A stretch of 64,000 nt of DNA from Treponemataceae bacterium (lineage in GTDB: Bacteria; Spirochaetota; Spirochaetia; Treponematales; Rectinemataceae), in assembly GCA_963677895.2 (NCBI GenBank), contig CAXXGJ010000018.1, positions 1-64,000 on the forward strand, written 5' to 3'. Under the pieces are notes generated by a model. It saw only the letters and a list, made by a program, of their open reading frames with translations. It searched no databases and had not been told where the DNA came from. Numbering within the stretch: the first letter of the stretch is position 1; every line of letters starts with the position of its first letter. This document shows positions 36,991-47,239 of this stretch, piece by piece. Position numbers and translations under genes: made by a program.

Positions 36991-39900
36991 TTAGATTTCA
37001 AATCCACCCTTGATTATGAACCGCTTTAGAAGGTCGTGGATCTTGATGTTGATCTTGATCGGGGCGATGGTCGATCCTTCCAAGCCTTCAAAATATGCCT
37101 TGGCTTTTACTTTATCGATCGTATCCTTGAGTTCGTCGAAGCGACCGAATTCGTTGATGTTCGCTTCGGTAATACCCGAATTCATCATGGCGCGCAGCTT
37201 TGCCTCGTCCAAGCCCAAGATCCCGGAAAGCGTGCTGATCTGGTCGTTTTTCGCCGTGCATTGATATTCGGTGACGTAGTCGCGAAAGGTCTTCCCGCTT
37301 TCCATGACCGCGGAGCCGCTTTGCACATCGTGGAGAAAGATATTGGCGTATTTTTGTTCTTCAGTGGTCAAATACGCGAAAGACTTATGCAAATCGTCCA
37401 GGGTCTGCTGCCTCTGTTCTTCCTCGATGCCAGCCTGTTTCAATGCTTTAAGATACTTATCAAACCGCGAGTTCATGTAGTCGGCATCGATTCTCCCGGT
37501 ATCGATTTCGGTCAAATACCCGTCGATATCATAGGGAACGTCGGGCATTACGCCCCCACCACTCCCGCCATTACCGCTGGCGAGCTCTTTGTAGCGGAGC
37601 GCCAGAACGAGGTAAGCGTTCTCGTCGAACTGCATATCGATGATTTTCTTTGGTTTGCCAGGGCCATCGCTGAATTCGTAGCGCGACTGACTCCAGACAA
37701 AGCCCTGGATTTTCGCCGCCTCGAGATGGAGGCTCATTTCCTTGAAGAGCTTGGCGAATTTGCCTCGCTCCGCGCCATCATCCGGCAATTTCGAAATATC
37801 TGGAACACCCGCTCGGGCGAATAATTCCGCGATCTCCTGGTAGAGGGAGTTCATTGCGCGCAAATTTAAATCAAGTCGATCCACGAACAGCCCGAGCGGC
37901 CTGTCCCCCGAATAGAGCTTGACTGCCCTGTTGATGTTCTCTTCCATGGTGTGCGGTTTGCGGTAATAGCGGATAGTCCCGAAGGGTTTGTCCGGGCCAA
38001 AGAGACGATTGGTGCGGGAGAAGGCCTGGATGATATTCTCGTATTGGAACAGCTTGTCCAGGTATAGTGTGTTGAGCCACATGGAATCGAAACCGGTGAG
38101 CATCTGATCCACCACGATCAGAAGATCGATTTGTTTCTCCGGACTCCGCTCCAGACGGAGATATGGCTCCTTGTGGGCGAGGCGGGTGGCGATATCTTTC
38201 TTGAATTTCGCGTGGGTGGGTATGGTAAAATCTTGCTCGTATCGCGCATTATAATCCTCAATGATTTCGATAAGACCGTCTTTCTTGAATTTTACACCGC
38301 CGTTATTGTCGATATTGGGATCAAAGAGGGCGGTGAATTTCAGGTTGGTTTTCTTACTTTTAATGAGGCGGTAATATTCGATGGCCTCAGCTATGCTCGT
38401 GGTAGCGAAGAGCGCGTGGAATTTTCCGTTCTGGCTCAGGGTGAGCCAGTTATCCAGAATATCTTCCACTACCTTTTCACGATGCTCGGTTCGCTCGTAT
38501 TGGGCCTGTGTCAGGTAATCCTCGATGCCTTTGACCCTACTGCCGTCGCCTGCGATGGATCCGGCCATGGGTGTGTCTTTCATGTATCGGTTAAAGACGA
38601 TTTTCTTTTTGGGATCGGCAAAGGCTTCAGCCTCATCGCTGGCTTTCGCCTGTTCCAAGGCCACCGCGACGCGCAGATCCTTGTCTTTATAGGTAAGAAC
38701 CTTATAAGGGTCGAAACCCAGGACGTTTTTATCCCGGATACCGTCAGCGATGCTGTAGCGATGGAGTTCGTCACCAAATATCGAGGACGTGGTATTGAGC
38801 TTTTTCTGGTTCTCTTCGTGGATGGGGGTGCCGGTAAAGCCAAAGAGGAGGGCGCGAGGAAAGGTGGCTTTGATTCTTCTCAGCATTTTCCCAAAGGTAT
38901 CACGGTGTGCCTCGTCGACGATAATGACGATACGTTTCGCCTGCATCAGGGCGAGGTCGTGGGCGTTGATCCCGCCTTCTTCGTCCTTGATATTGCTCAT
39001 CTTCTGGATCGAAGTGACGATTAAAGTGTCAGCTGGGCGCGTACTTTTCAGCTTGGTGATCAGGGTGGCGGTGTTCTCCGTGGCCTGAACCTCCTCGCTC
39101 TCCTCGGCGAAGCCACGGTACTCGTTCAGGGACTGGGTGCCGAGCTCGATCCGGTCCATGAGGAAGATGACCTTGTCGGCGTCCTTGGAATTGGCGATGA
39201 GCTGGGCCGACTTGAAGCTGGTCATGGTTTTGCCTGAGCCGGTGGTATGCCAGACATAGCCGCCCCGCCCCTTGTGGGCGCTCCAGTCAATCTTGGAAAC
39301 TCGGTCGGATATGGCGTTGGCCGCGTAATACTGATAGCTTCGCATCACTTTAAGGATGCCGTCTGAGCCGTCTGCCACGGTGTAAAAGCCTATGAGCTGA
39401 TGAGCCATGGGGATGGAAAGGAGGGAAGAGGCGATGTCCTTCCAATCGTTGATTGGCTCGTTGTTGAAGTCGGCCCAGCGGAAATAGTAATCAGTGTTGA
39501 ACCTGCCTTCGGGACCGGGGTTCGCGAAGTAGCGGGTTTCTTCAGGCTGCATGGCTACAAAAATCTGGACGAGGGAAAAGAGGCTCGTGAAAATACCCTC
39601 GTCCGAATACTTTTCGATCTGATGGAAGGCTTGGCTCACAGGCGTGCCGCTTTTTTTAAGCTCGATATGGATGACAGGCATGCCGTTTATAAGAAGCATA
39701 AGGTCGCCCCGACGCTCGCTTAAAATCTTCGACCTGCTTTTAAATTGAGGTTGGCGGGCAATTTGATAGCGGCTTTGCCCGGCGGCGATCTCCCGACGAT
39801 CGTAGATTTTTAGACTTACTTCCTTACCGAAATGGAGGCGGTCTTCCGGGTTGTCGCGGGTGATCGAGACGGTTTTCCCGTTGATGAAGCCATTGAGTTT

Positions 39901-40131
39901 GAGGGGAGTGCGCAGGGTAGCGATTTGCTCCATGATCTGCCGCATCTCGCCCTCGGTGAGGGGATAATCGCCCAGGCGGTCTATGCCGCGGTTGTTGTCG
40001 AAGAGGATGGTCGCCCAGTTCTTCAAAAGGTTCTTTTCGGTAGGGTAATTTATGACCGCTGTTTCCCAACCCTTGTGGGAGAGGATCTCTATAAGCGCGT
40101 TTTCAAAGTCGGCTTCATTGGTAAAGGTCAT
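36991..40131 (-). CDS. hsdR: Type I restriction enzyme R subunit
   Basis: DLMLLINGMPVIHIELK nuclease motif, QAF.QI..Y, WHTTGSGKT, DEAHR, FTGTP, MLTGFD, QAFSRTNR. Confidence 0.95.
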   Translation of the reverse strand: MTFTNEADFENALIEILSHKGWETAVINYPTEKNLLKNWATILFDNNRGIDRLGDYPLTEGEMRQIMEQIATLRTPLKLNGFINGKTVSITRDNPEDRLHFGKEVSLKIYDRREIAAGQSRYQIARQPQFKSRSKILSERRGDLMLLINGMPVIHIELKKSGTPVSQAFHQIEKYSDEGIFTSLFSLVQIFVAMQPEETRYFANPGPEGRFNTDYYFRWADFNNEPINDWKDIASSLLSIPMAHQLIGFYTVADGSDGILKVMRSYQYYAANAISDRVSKIDWSAHKGRGGYVWHTTGSGKTMTSFKSAQLIANSKDADKVIFLMDRIELGTQSLNEYRGFAEESEEVQATENTATLITKLKSTRPADTLIVTSIQKMSNIKDEEGGINAHDLALMQAKRIVIIVDEAHRDTFGKMLRRIKATFPRALLFGFTGTPIHEENQKKLNTTSSIFGDELHRYSIADGIRDKNVLGFDPYKVLTYKDKDLRVAVALEQAKASDEAEAFADPKKKIVFNRYMKDTPMAGSIAGDGSRVKGIEDYLTQAQYERTEHREKVVEDILDNWLTLSQNGKFHALFATTSIAEAIEYYRLIKSKKTNLKFTALFDPNIDNNGGVKFKKDGLIEIIEDYNARYEQDFTIPTHAKFKKDIATRLAHKEPYLRLERSPEKQIDLLIVVDQMLTGFDSMWLNTLYLDKLFQYENIIQAFSRTNRLFGPDKPFGTIRYYRKPHTMEENINRAVKLYSGDRPLGLFVDRLDLNLRAMNSLYQEIAELFARAGVPDISKLPDDGAERGKFAKLFKEMSLHLEAAKIQGFVWSQSRYEFSDGPGKPKKIIDMQFDENAYLVLALRYKELASGNGGSGGGVMPDVPYDIDGYLTEIDTGRIDADYMNSRFDKYLKALKQAGIEEEQRQQTLDDLHKSFAYLTTEEQKYANIFLHDVQSGSAVMESGKTFRDYVTEYQCTAKNDQISTLSGILGLDEAKLRAMMNSGITEANINEFGRFDELKDTIDKVKAKAYFEGLEGSTIAPIKINIKIHDLLKRFIIKGGFEI

Positions 40132-41141
40132 TTTTTATTTTTCTCCCATAGACGTTTCTCTATATCTTCCAGCTCTTGTAAATCCTCTCTATCGGCGGCC
40201 AACGCGTCTTCGGCTCTGCGCTTATCATCGAATTCTTCATACCGTTGTTCGGCAATTCTTTGAGCTACTTCGGCTTTTACTTTTCCGGTATGGGTTAAAA
40301 GTTCATGCTCGTTAAACAACAGAAAAGCATCGAATTTTTCGGACCACTGTTCCATGGTAGCGGTTTTTCTCAGCCGGGCTTGGCTTTCCGCATAATCAAG
40401 ATACATGGTCACGATTTCGTTGAGGTTTTTGATTTCACCCGCATTCAGGTAATTCTTGGCGATGGTCACATCCTGCTTGCGGACAAGAGAACCCTGCCAG
40501 GACATAAGGCCCATATTCGGCAGCTCGGGATTGCCGCGGGATTCAATCAGCTCGGCGGCGGTTTTGCCGGTGATTGCCCAGAGCATTTTATTCTGGACCT
40601 TTTTGAAGAAGATCTGGGTCTGTTCCGAAGTTTTTTCGTAATCGACCGCGGTGGCGTAAATATCCCGTATTTTTTGGTAAAAGCGCTTTTCAGAAGCACG
40701 GATATCCCGGATGCGCGCCAGCCACTCGTCAAAATAGTCCCAGGTATCGGCTTTCTTGAGCCGGTCATCATCCATGGCAAAGCCTTTGATGATGTACTCT
40801 TTCAGAATACTAGTGGCCCATATTCTAAACTGGGTGGCACGTTTGGAGTTGACCCGGTAGCCCACGGCGATGATGGCGTCGAGATTGTAGAAGTCCTTAA
40901 TTCGAGCAACTTGCCGACCACCCTCATTTTGAACTGTTTCCATTTTGGAAACAGTTGCTTCTCGGCTCAATTCGCCTTCTTCATAGATGTTGGTCAAGTG
41001 CTTGGATATGGCGGGAACATTGACGCCAAAGAGTTCCGCCATCGCCGTCTGGGGCAGCCAGATGGTTTCATTCCGCAAAACAGTATCAATTTTGATTTCG
41101 CCGTCAGGAGTGGTATACAGGACAATTTGCGATTGGGTCAT
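40128..41141 (-). CDS. RhuM-family DNA-binding protein
   Basis: ETIWL.Q..MAELF, ISKHL.NIYEEGEL, YNLDAIIAVGYRVNS.RATQFR.WAT, IRDIRASEKRFYQK, AKNYL. Confidence 0.85.
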   Translation of the reverse strand: MTQSQIVLYTTPDGEIKIDTVLRNETIWLPQTAMAELFGVNVPAISKHLTNIYEEGELSREATVSKMETVQNEGGRQVARIKDFYNLDAIIAVGYRVNSKRATQFRIWATSILKEYIIKGFAMDDDRLKKADTWDYFDEWLARIRDIRASEKRFYQKIRDIYATAVDYEKTSEQTQIFFKKVQNKMLWAITGKTAAELIESRGNPELPNMGLMSWQGSLVRKQDVTIAKNYLNAGEIKNLNEIVTMYLDYAESQARLRKTATMEQWSEKFDAFLLFNEHELLTHTGKVKAEVAQRIAEQRYEEFDDKRRAEDALAADREDLQELEDIEKRLWEKNKK

Positions 41142-41170
41142 ATAGCCAGCTCCTTTTTCATTATGCGTTT

Positions 41171-42187
41171 CTATACATCCTTGCGTTCAATCAAAAGCCG
41201 TTGCTCCCGTTCCAATTCCACCACCAACTCTTCCTCGCTGGGTAAAACCAAGCGGTATTTGGATGCGAAGAGCTGTTCGCTTTCCTTCAGGACGGAATAT
41301 TTTACAACGGTTTCATCTTTTTGCGCGCAGAGGATCAAGCCGATGGAAGGATTATCGTCGGCTTGTTTTTTCAGATCGTCAAACATGCGGACATACATGT
41401 CCATCTGGCCGATATCCTGGTGGGTCAGTTCGGTGGTTTTCAGGTCGATCAGGACAAAGCACTTCAGTATGTAGTTATAGAACACTAGATCGATATAGAA
41501 GTGTTTGGTTTCCGTACTGATGCGAAATTGGCGGCCGACAAAGGAGAAACCTCGACCCATCTCTAATAGAAATGATTGAAGATGGTCAACAATGGCGTTT
41601 TCGATGGATTGTTCCCTGGGCCAGGGGGCTTCCGGGAGATCCAGGAATTCCAGTACATAGGGATCTTTGATAAAGTCCCGCGGCTGCCCTTTTACCGCGT
41701 CGGTTGGGGCTAATAGGGCTTCCCGTTTATTCCGGGACGAGAGGAGGCGTTCAAAATGTAAGCTGTTGATGTTCCGTTCCAGTACCCGAGTGCTCCATCG
41801 CTGATCGGCGCATTCATGAATGTAAAATTCTCGGGCATCCGGATTTTCGACCCGCATGATCAGGCGGTAATGGGACCAGGTCAATTCTCTACGCAGTGCG
41901 TAGAGTTTTTCCTCTTGGGGCCATGTCAGGTAGAATTGGCGGAAGTTCCACAGATTGGCGTAAGAGAATCCCTTTCCTAGGTCCGAACTTAATTCTTTGG
42001 ACAATTCCTTGATCAAGTATTCCCCGTAGCCCGCCCGTTCCCGGCCCTGCTGTTCTTGCTCGACAATGCGCCTGCCAATCTGCCAATAGGCTTCCACCAT
42101 GGCAAAATTGACCGCGGTATAGGCTTTCTGGCGGGCCTTGCTCAGGATTTCCCGAATGGAGGAATAGAAATCGTCCAGTTCATTCAT
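41171..42187 (-). CDS. YhcG/DUF1016 PD-(D/E)XK nuclease-domain protein
   Basis: YWQIGRRIVE.EQ.G..RA.YG, L.WSHY, KDPYVLEFL, FLLE.G.GF.FVGRQ, IDLVFY, IDLK, GQM.MY. Confidence 0.9.
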   Translation of the reverse strand: MNELDDFYSSIREILSKARQKAYTAVNFAMVEAYWQIGRRIVEQEQQGRERAGYGEYLIKELSKELSSDLGKGFSYANLWNFRQFYLTWPQEEKLYALRRELTWSHYRLIMRVENPDAREFYIHECADQRWSTRVLERNINSLHFERLLSSRNKREALLAPTDAVKGQPRDFIKDPYVLEFLDLPEAPWPREQSIENAIVDHLQSFLLEMGRGFSFVGRQFRISTETKHFYIDLVFYNYILKCFVLIDLKTTELTHQDIGQMDMYVRMFDDLKKQADDNPSIGLILCAQKDETVVKYSVLKESEQLFASKYRLVLPSEEELVVELEREQRLLIERKDV

Positions 42188-42207
42188 GTTTCTCTTCCTC
42201 CTTTTTC

Positions 42208-43389
42208 CTAAACAAACATTTTTTCGAGGCAGGCTTTTTTAATGTTCTTCAGCTTGTCCAGTTCACGCTGGTGGAGGGAAATGAGGGAGTCGAGGCATTG
42301 GAAGAAGGCTGCGATCTTGTTTTGCTCTTCAATATCTTCCGGTAGAACAATCACTATTTCACTCATCACATTGTTCATCAATTTGGGATTCCCTACTTTT
42401 GATACATGTTTCCATGCAATTTTATTTAATGATTCAGCAACCATTTTATTAGCATATCCCTCATTAGATAGCAAAACTCCACATACATTTGTACAGTAAA
42501 ATTTTCCATTACGGAAATTTACAGTACCTGCATTTGCTCCATCAGTTGTCCAAGTAATTGCGTTAGTGTAGAGGTACTTTTTATAGTATCCCATCAGCCC
42601 ATTCTCTTTTGTTTGGGATGAATAAACTGGATATGAATTTTCTTTTGTTTTTTTTTCACTTGTTTCAGGGGCTGCAAGTACGTAGCCACGAGTAACTTTG
42701 AAAATATCGCTTATTTTTTTTCTATCCCATTTCCTCGCAAACCCCTTAATACGGATCTCCGGAACATTGGTGCCTTCTTGGGGAAACATTTTTTCGAGCA
42801 TAGCTTTTTTTACAGCGAAAAGCTTGTCGTGCTTACGCTGATGCAGGGCGATCATAGCATCGAGTTCTTGGAAAAAGCTGCCGATTTGGCTTTGTTCTTC
42901 TACGGAAGGTGTATTAGCTACAATCTGAAGGAAATCAGACTCGTGAATCCTCCATTGACCATAAATAACTCCTTGTCTCCAACGAATCATCTGGTTAATG
43001 AAATATTCTCGAATCATTAAGCGTCCAATGAAATTGGAATTACCATATTTTGTTGGCTGAAAAATGCTGTAAACCGGTGAAATCGAGGCTTTCCCATAGT
43101 TGTTTAGGCCTATTGAACCAGTTTCAAGGTTATTAGAGCTATAAATAAAATCACCAAATTCTGTATGTTTATATCTCTTGTTTTTTTCATCATTCACCAA
43201 GAACTCGCGGTTATATCGATCGCCTTTTTTTGTAACACCCTCGTACGCAATAAAAGCCATGAGTGGGTACTCTTCACTTTTGGGAGCCTGAATATTCCGC
43301 TCGACAAGTATTTCGCTAACTTTCTTTTCTTCCCACTCCTCCTCAAATCCCTTAAACCGTAGCTCAGGTGTCATTTTTGTCTTTTTCAT
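42208..43389 (-). CDS. hsdS: Type I R-M specificity subunit
   Basis: PELRFKGF...W, two AT-rich TRDs, repeated EEQ.KI..FF..LD..I.LHQR and KKA.LEKMF. Confidence 0.93.
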   Translation of the reverse strand: MKKTKMTPELRFKGFEEEWEEKKVSEILVERNIQAPKSEEYPLMAFIAYEGVTKKGDRYNREFLVNDEKNKRYKHTEFGDFIYSSNNLETGSIGLNNYGKASISPVYSIFQPTKYGNSNFIGRLMIREYFINQMIRWRQGVIYGQWRIHESDFLQIVANTPSVEEQSQIGSFFQELDAMIALHQRKHDKLFAVKKAMLEKMFPQEGTNVPEIRIKGFARKWDRKKISDIFKVTRGYVLAAPETSEKKTKENSYPVYSSQTKENGLMGYYKKYLYTNAITWTTDGANAGTVNFRNGKFYCTNVCGVLLSNEGYANKMVAESLNKIAWKHVSKVGNPKLMNNVMSEIVIVLPEDIEEQNKIAAFFQCLDSLISLHQRELDKLKNIKKACLEKMFV

Positions 43390-43390
43390 A

Positions 43391-46021
43391 TCACTCACCC
43401 TTCAAGAGCTGCTGAAATTCAGCCAAGCCTTTGAGGTCGTAGTCGCTGCCTGTGAGTTCGTCGATAAGTGAAGAAAGACTCGCTTCGGTTTCGCGCATCT
43501 CTTCAACCACGTCCTTGTAGGTGGTTTTATACTTTTCCGCCAAGGCCTCGACCCCGCCTGAAAGGCTGGCGATAACTTCATCCGGCAGCTTATGCAAAGA
43601 AGTCACTAAAGGAGCAATCCACTTCTGTTCGAGGAGCTTCTTCACCTGATCGTCGCTTAAAGCCTCGATGGTCGATTTCGTCGCGAGGTGGAGGGCGGCG
43701 TCTTGAGCCTTCACCTCTTTTTTCAAGATTTTCTCTTCTCCAAGTAGCTCATCCGCTTTCACGATTTTCGCTTCGTAGGAATCTTCGTCAAAAGCTTCGC
43801 TTTTGACGGCGCTAAAGGCGAAGCCTTTAGCGTTGCATTTAGAGCTGCCCTTAATCGTGTCTGCCCTGAGCTGCTTGGCTTCCTTGGCGAGTTCCGCGGG
43901 GACAAAACCGTCGCCGTTCTCATTGAAAGCGTCGCTCTCTTTTTCATCATCGGCGAAGGAGTCGAGGAGCTCCGCAAGCTCGCTGTCAATTTCCGTAAGC
44001 CGGGTTTCACTCTCGTTAAGCTTCTGATAGTCAGTTTTGAGAAGGCTTTGCTGCACAAGGTCAAAGGGAAGGATGCGGCCCACCCATCCCTCCTGAACTT
44101 CCTGGTCCTTGCCCTCTTTTTTCTTCATGACCACGTTGGGATCGACCTTCTTCGTCGCCTCGAAACCCTCGCTCTGGATGATCTCCAGATCCACCGCGAT
44201 CTTCGTCCACTCATCGTCCAGGATCTGATAGGCCTCGTATCTGTCGATGAGGGGGATGGACTCGAGGCGTTTGAAAATCCCCTTGCTGAGGGCTGCTTCT
44301 TCCTGCGAAATGTCTAGTTCGAGCATCGTGGTGATAAGGTCTTTTTTAATCGCCCTGTCGAAGCTCGCGAACGCGGCTTCAAAGGCGCCGATAAAGCCCT
44401 GGACGTCGGCGTTCTCCCTTATGGCGAGCTTGACGTCCTTTACTTTAAGTGCTGCGTAGGGGCCTGGCTTTTTTGAGAAAAGGGCGGAGCGTAGGCCAGG
44501 AAAGGCTGTCCAGTAAGCCTCGAGCGCGTCGATTTCCTTTTTAGGGATCCCGCCGAACATGGAGGCGTAGATATCCCAGCTTTCCGCCCCTTCCGAGGAA
44601 TCAACGTATCGCGGAATGTTGAGGTTGTAGTCGTTGTCCCTAATTTCTTCGCGGCTCACGACACGCGAAAATTTCGGCGCCATATCCCGCGCGATCACTG
44701 TATCGGCGATGCGCTTTACGTCCGAGGCGCGGAGCTTATTGCTCTTGCCGACCTTGATGAAGCCCTTCGAGGCGTCGACGATAAGAATGTCGGTATTTTC
44801 GCGCTTTTGTTTCAATACCATTACGATGGTCGGAATGCCCGTGCCGAAGAATATGTTGGCCGGAAGCCCGATGATCGCGTCGATATGGTTCCCCTCGATG
44901 AGCTTCTTGCGTATCTCGCCTTCAACCCCGCCGCGGAAAAGGACGCCGTGGGGCAGGACGATGGTCATGATCCCATCGGGCTTCAGGTGAAAGAGCTCGT
45001 GGAGCAGAAAGGCATAGTCCGCTTTGGACTTGGGCGCGAGTCCGAAGCGCGCATAGCGGGGATCGGTTTCCTTGTTTGATGAGTCCCACTTCTGGGAATA
45101 GGGCGGATTCGAGACCACAGCGTCCACATAGAGGGGGCTGTAGGTATTGACCGGATCGTTCTCGTCGAAATAGGGCCAATCGGTTTCGAGGGTGTCGGCA
45201 TTCCGGGTCACGATATTGTCGACCAGGATTCCGCGCATAACGAGGTTCATGCGGGTGAGGTTGTAGGTATTCTGCTTGAGCTCCTGGGCGTAATACTTGA
45301 TGTTCCGGTCATCTTTCATGTGCTTCGCTACGCTGCGCCCGATATTGATGAGGAGAGATCCCGAACCGCTCGTGGGGTCGTAGATCGTTATCTCTTTCTT
45401 GTTCCGCAGGTGGTGGGCGACGATCTCCGACATGAGGAGGGACACTTCATGGGGAGTGTAGAACTCGCCGGCCTTCTTGCCAGCGTTGGCCGCGAACATG
45501 CTTATGAGGTACTCATAAATGAAGCCCAGCACGTCGTAGTCCTGCTTGCCGTCCATGGGGATGTCTTTGATCAGGTGCAGGAGGGCGCTTATCGCCTTGG
45601 TCTGGGACGCGGCGCTGTCGCCCAACTTGCTCAAGCCCGTCTGCAGGGTATCGAAGATGCCGTTAAACATTTTTTTATGCGCGGTATCGATCAATCGGCT
45701 GAACGCCGAGAGGGCATCCCGGACATTGGAAACGTCAAACTCATTGCCCTTGTCGATCCAGGTCGAAAACAAGTCCTTATAGGCGATGAAATAGCCCAGA
45801 TTGCTCTTGAAGTATGCTGCGGTCTGGGCGTCCTCCTCGGAAAGGGCCTTTATTTCCTTGGCGGACATGCCTTCCCTTTTGGCGAATCTCAATTCATTGT
45901 CCGAAAGGTATTTGTAAAAAATGAACCCTAAAATATAGTCCTTGTACTCATTGGCTTCGATTTTGGACCGCATCTGGTTGGCCGATTCCCAGATTTTCGC
46001 CGCTAACTGCTGTTTGTTCAT
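43391..46021 (-). CDS. hsdM: Type I R-M methyltransferase (long form with C-terminal extension)
   Basis: IWESAN.MR, GEFYTP, YDPTSGSGSLL, NPPY, LPHGVLFRG, YNLNIPRYV. Confidence 0.95.
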   Translation of the reverse strand: MNKQQLAAKIWESANQMRSKIEANEYKDYILGFIFYKYLSDNELRFAKREGMSAKEIKALSEEDAQTAAYFKSNLGYFIAYKDLFSTWIDKGNEFDVSNVRDALSAFSRLIDTAHKKMFNGIFDTLQTGLSKLGDSAASQTKAISALLHLIKDIPMDGKQDYDVLGFIYEYLISMFAANAGKKAGEFYTPHEVSLLMSEIVAHHLRNKKEITIYDPTSGSGSLLINIGRSVAKHMKDDRNIKYYAQELKQNTYNLTRMNLVMRGILVDNIVTRNADTLETDWPYFDENDPVNTYSPLYVDAVVSNPPYSQKWDSSNKETDPRYARFGLAPKSKADYAFLLHELFHLKPDGIMTIVLPHGVLFRGGVEGEIRKKLIEGNHIDAIIGLPANIFFGTGIPTIVMVLKQKRENTDILIVDASKGFIKVGKSNKLRASDVKRIADTVIARDMAPKFSRVVSREEIRDNDYNLNIPRYVDSSEGAESWDIYASMFGGIPKKEIDALEAYWTAFPGLRSALFSKKPGPYAALKVKDVKLAIRENADVQGFIGAFEAAFASFDRAIKKDLITTMLELDISQEEAALSKGIFKRLESIPLIDRYEAYQILDDEWTKIAVDLEIIQSEGFEATKKVDPNVVMKKKEGKDQEVQEGWVGRILPFDLVQQSLLKTDYQKLNESETRLTEIDSELAELLDSFADDEKESDAFNENGDGFVPAELAKEAKQLRADTIKGSSKCNAKGFAFSAVKSEAFDEDSYEAKIVKADELLGEEKILKKEVKAQDAALHLATKSTIEALSDDQVKKLLEQKWIAPLVTSLHKLPDEVIASLSGGVEALAEKYKTTYKDVVEEMRETEASLSSLIDELTGSDYDLKGLAEFQQLLKGE

Positions 46022-46275
46022 TTCTTCGATACCTTCCTAATGCTTATAGACACCGTTTTTCTATCCTAATAGAAATTATTTTATCATAGTTTTTCACGAT
46101 TTCCATCAGGATAAGCTACACAGCGAAGGATCGATATCCGAGACGATAGAAGGCCTGTGAATCCTGCAGATCCTGCTATCATGTCAGGATTTCTTCATAC
46201 GTCGCGTTTTTGCCCCTTTCGCGCGGCGGAAGAGGAAGCCGGCGGCGGGCCGGGGGGCTAGCGACGGGCAAAGCC

Positions 46276-47088
46276 TCAGCCCAGGGCTACGTCCAGCACC
46301 ATCATGAGGGCAAAGCCGAGCATGGTGCCGATGGTGGCGAGATGGCCGTTGCCGCCCCTGTTCGCTTCGGGAAGGACTTCCTCGGCGACGACGTAGATCA
46401 TGGCGCCCGCGGCGAAGGCGAGGGCGTAAGGGAGAATCGGCCGCATGGTGCCGACGAGCAGCACGCCGAGGATGCCGGCTATCGGCTCGACGATGCCCGA
46501 GGCCTGGCCATAGAAGAAACTCTTGAATCTTCCCATGCCGTCGCGGCGCAATGGAATGGAAACGGCCGCGCCTTCGGGGAAGTTCTGAAGTCCAATGCCC
46601 ATGGCGAGGGCTACGGCACCCGCGAGGTTCGCGGAACTGATGCCTGCTCCCACGGCGCCGAATCCTACGCCAACGGCGAGGCCTTCCGGGATGTTGTGCA
46701 GGGTTATGGCTAGAACTAGGAGGGTGCTGCGCTGCCAATTCGTCTTGATGCCTTCGGCTTCGTCCCGCTTGTATTCGATATGGACATGGGGAAGGAGGAG
46801 GTCGACGAGGCGCAGGAAAAGACCGCCGCCCAGGAATCCTACGAGGGGGGGGAACCATTTGACGAGTCCCATGCTCTCGGCCAGGTCTATGGAGGGAGCG
46901 AGGAGGGACCAGAAGCTGGCCGCTATCATGACACCCGCGGCGAATCCAAGCATGCCGTCCAGCACACGCCGATCGATTGTCTTGAAAAAGAAAACCATTC
47001 CGGCGCCAAGGGCGGTGACGCCCCAGGTGAAGAGCGTGGCGACAAACGTCTGAGCGACGGGAGACATCGAGTTTAGCCAATTCAGCAT
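46276..47088 (-). CDS. ZIP family metal transporter (GufA/ZupT-like)
   Basis: GFAAGVM, TLHNIPEGLAVG, QNFPEG, AFAAGAMIYVV. Confidence 0.92.
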   Translation of the reverse strand: MLNWLNSMSPVAQTFVATLFTWGVTALGAGMVFFFKTIDRRVLDGMLGFAAGVMIAASFWSLLAPSIDLAESMGLVKWFPPLVGFLGGGLFLRLVDLLLPHVHIEYKRDEAEGIKTNWQRSTLLVLAITLHNIPEGLAVGVGFGAVGAGISSANLAGAVALAMGIGLQNFPEGAAVSIPLRRDGMGRFKSFFYGQASGIVEPIAGILGVLLVGTMRPILPYALAFAAGAMIYVVAEEVLPEANRGGNGHLATIGTMLGFALMMVLDVALG

Positions 47089-47239
47089 CGATTTTTCCTC
47101 CGCGAGAACCTTTTCTCAGTATAACAAAGAACCTGATGGCTGGGCAAATATTCGTTTTCCGTATAAATAATCTTCATCGATCGTAAAAAAATTCATTGAC
47201 CTGGATTGTTTCATATTCTAGACTGCAAAAACCTGGGAG

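Noticed and set aside
25470..46250. attL/attR duplication of the tRNA-Pro 3' end
   Set aside because: I found no second copy by eye near the right boundary, and there is no integrase.
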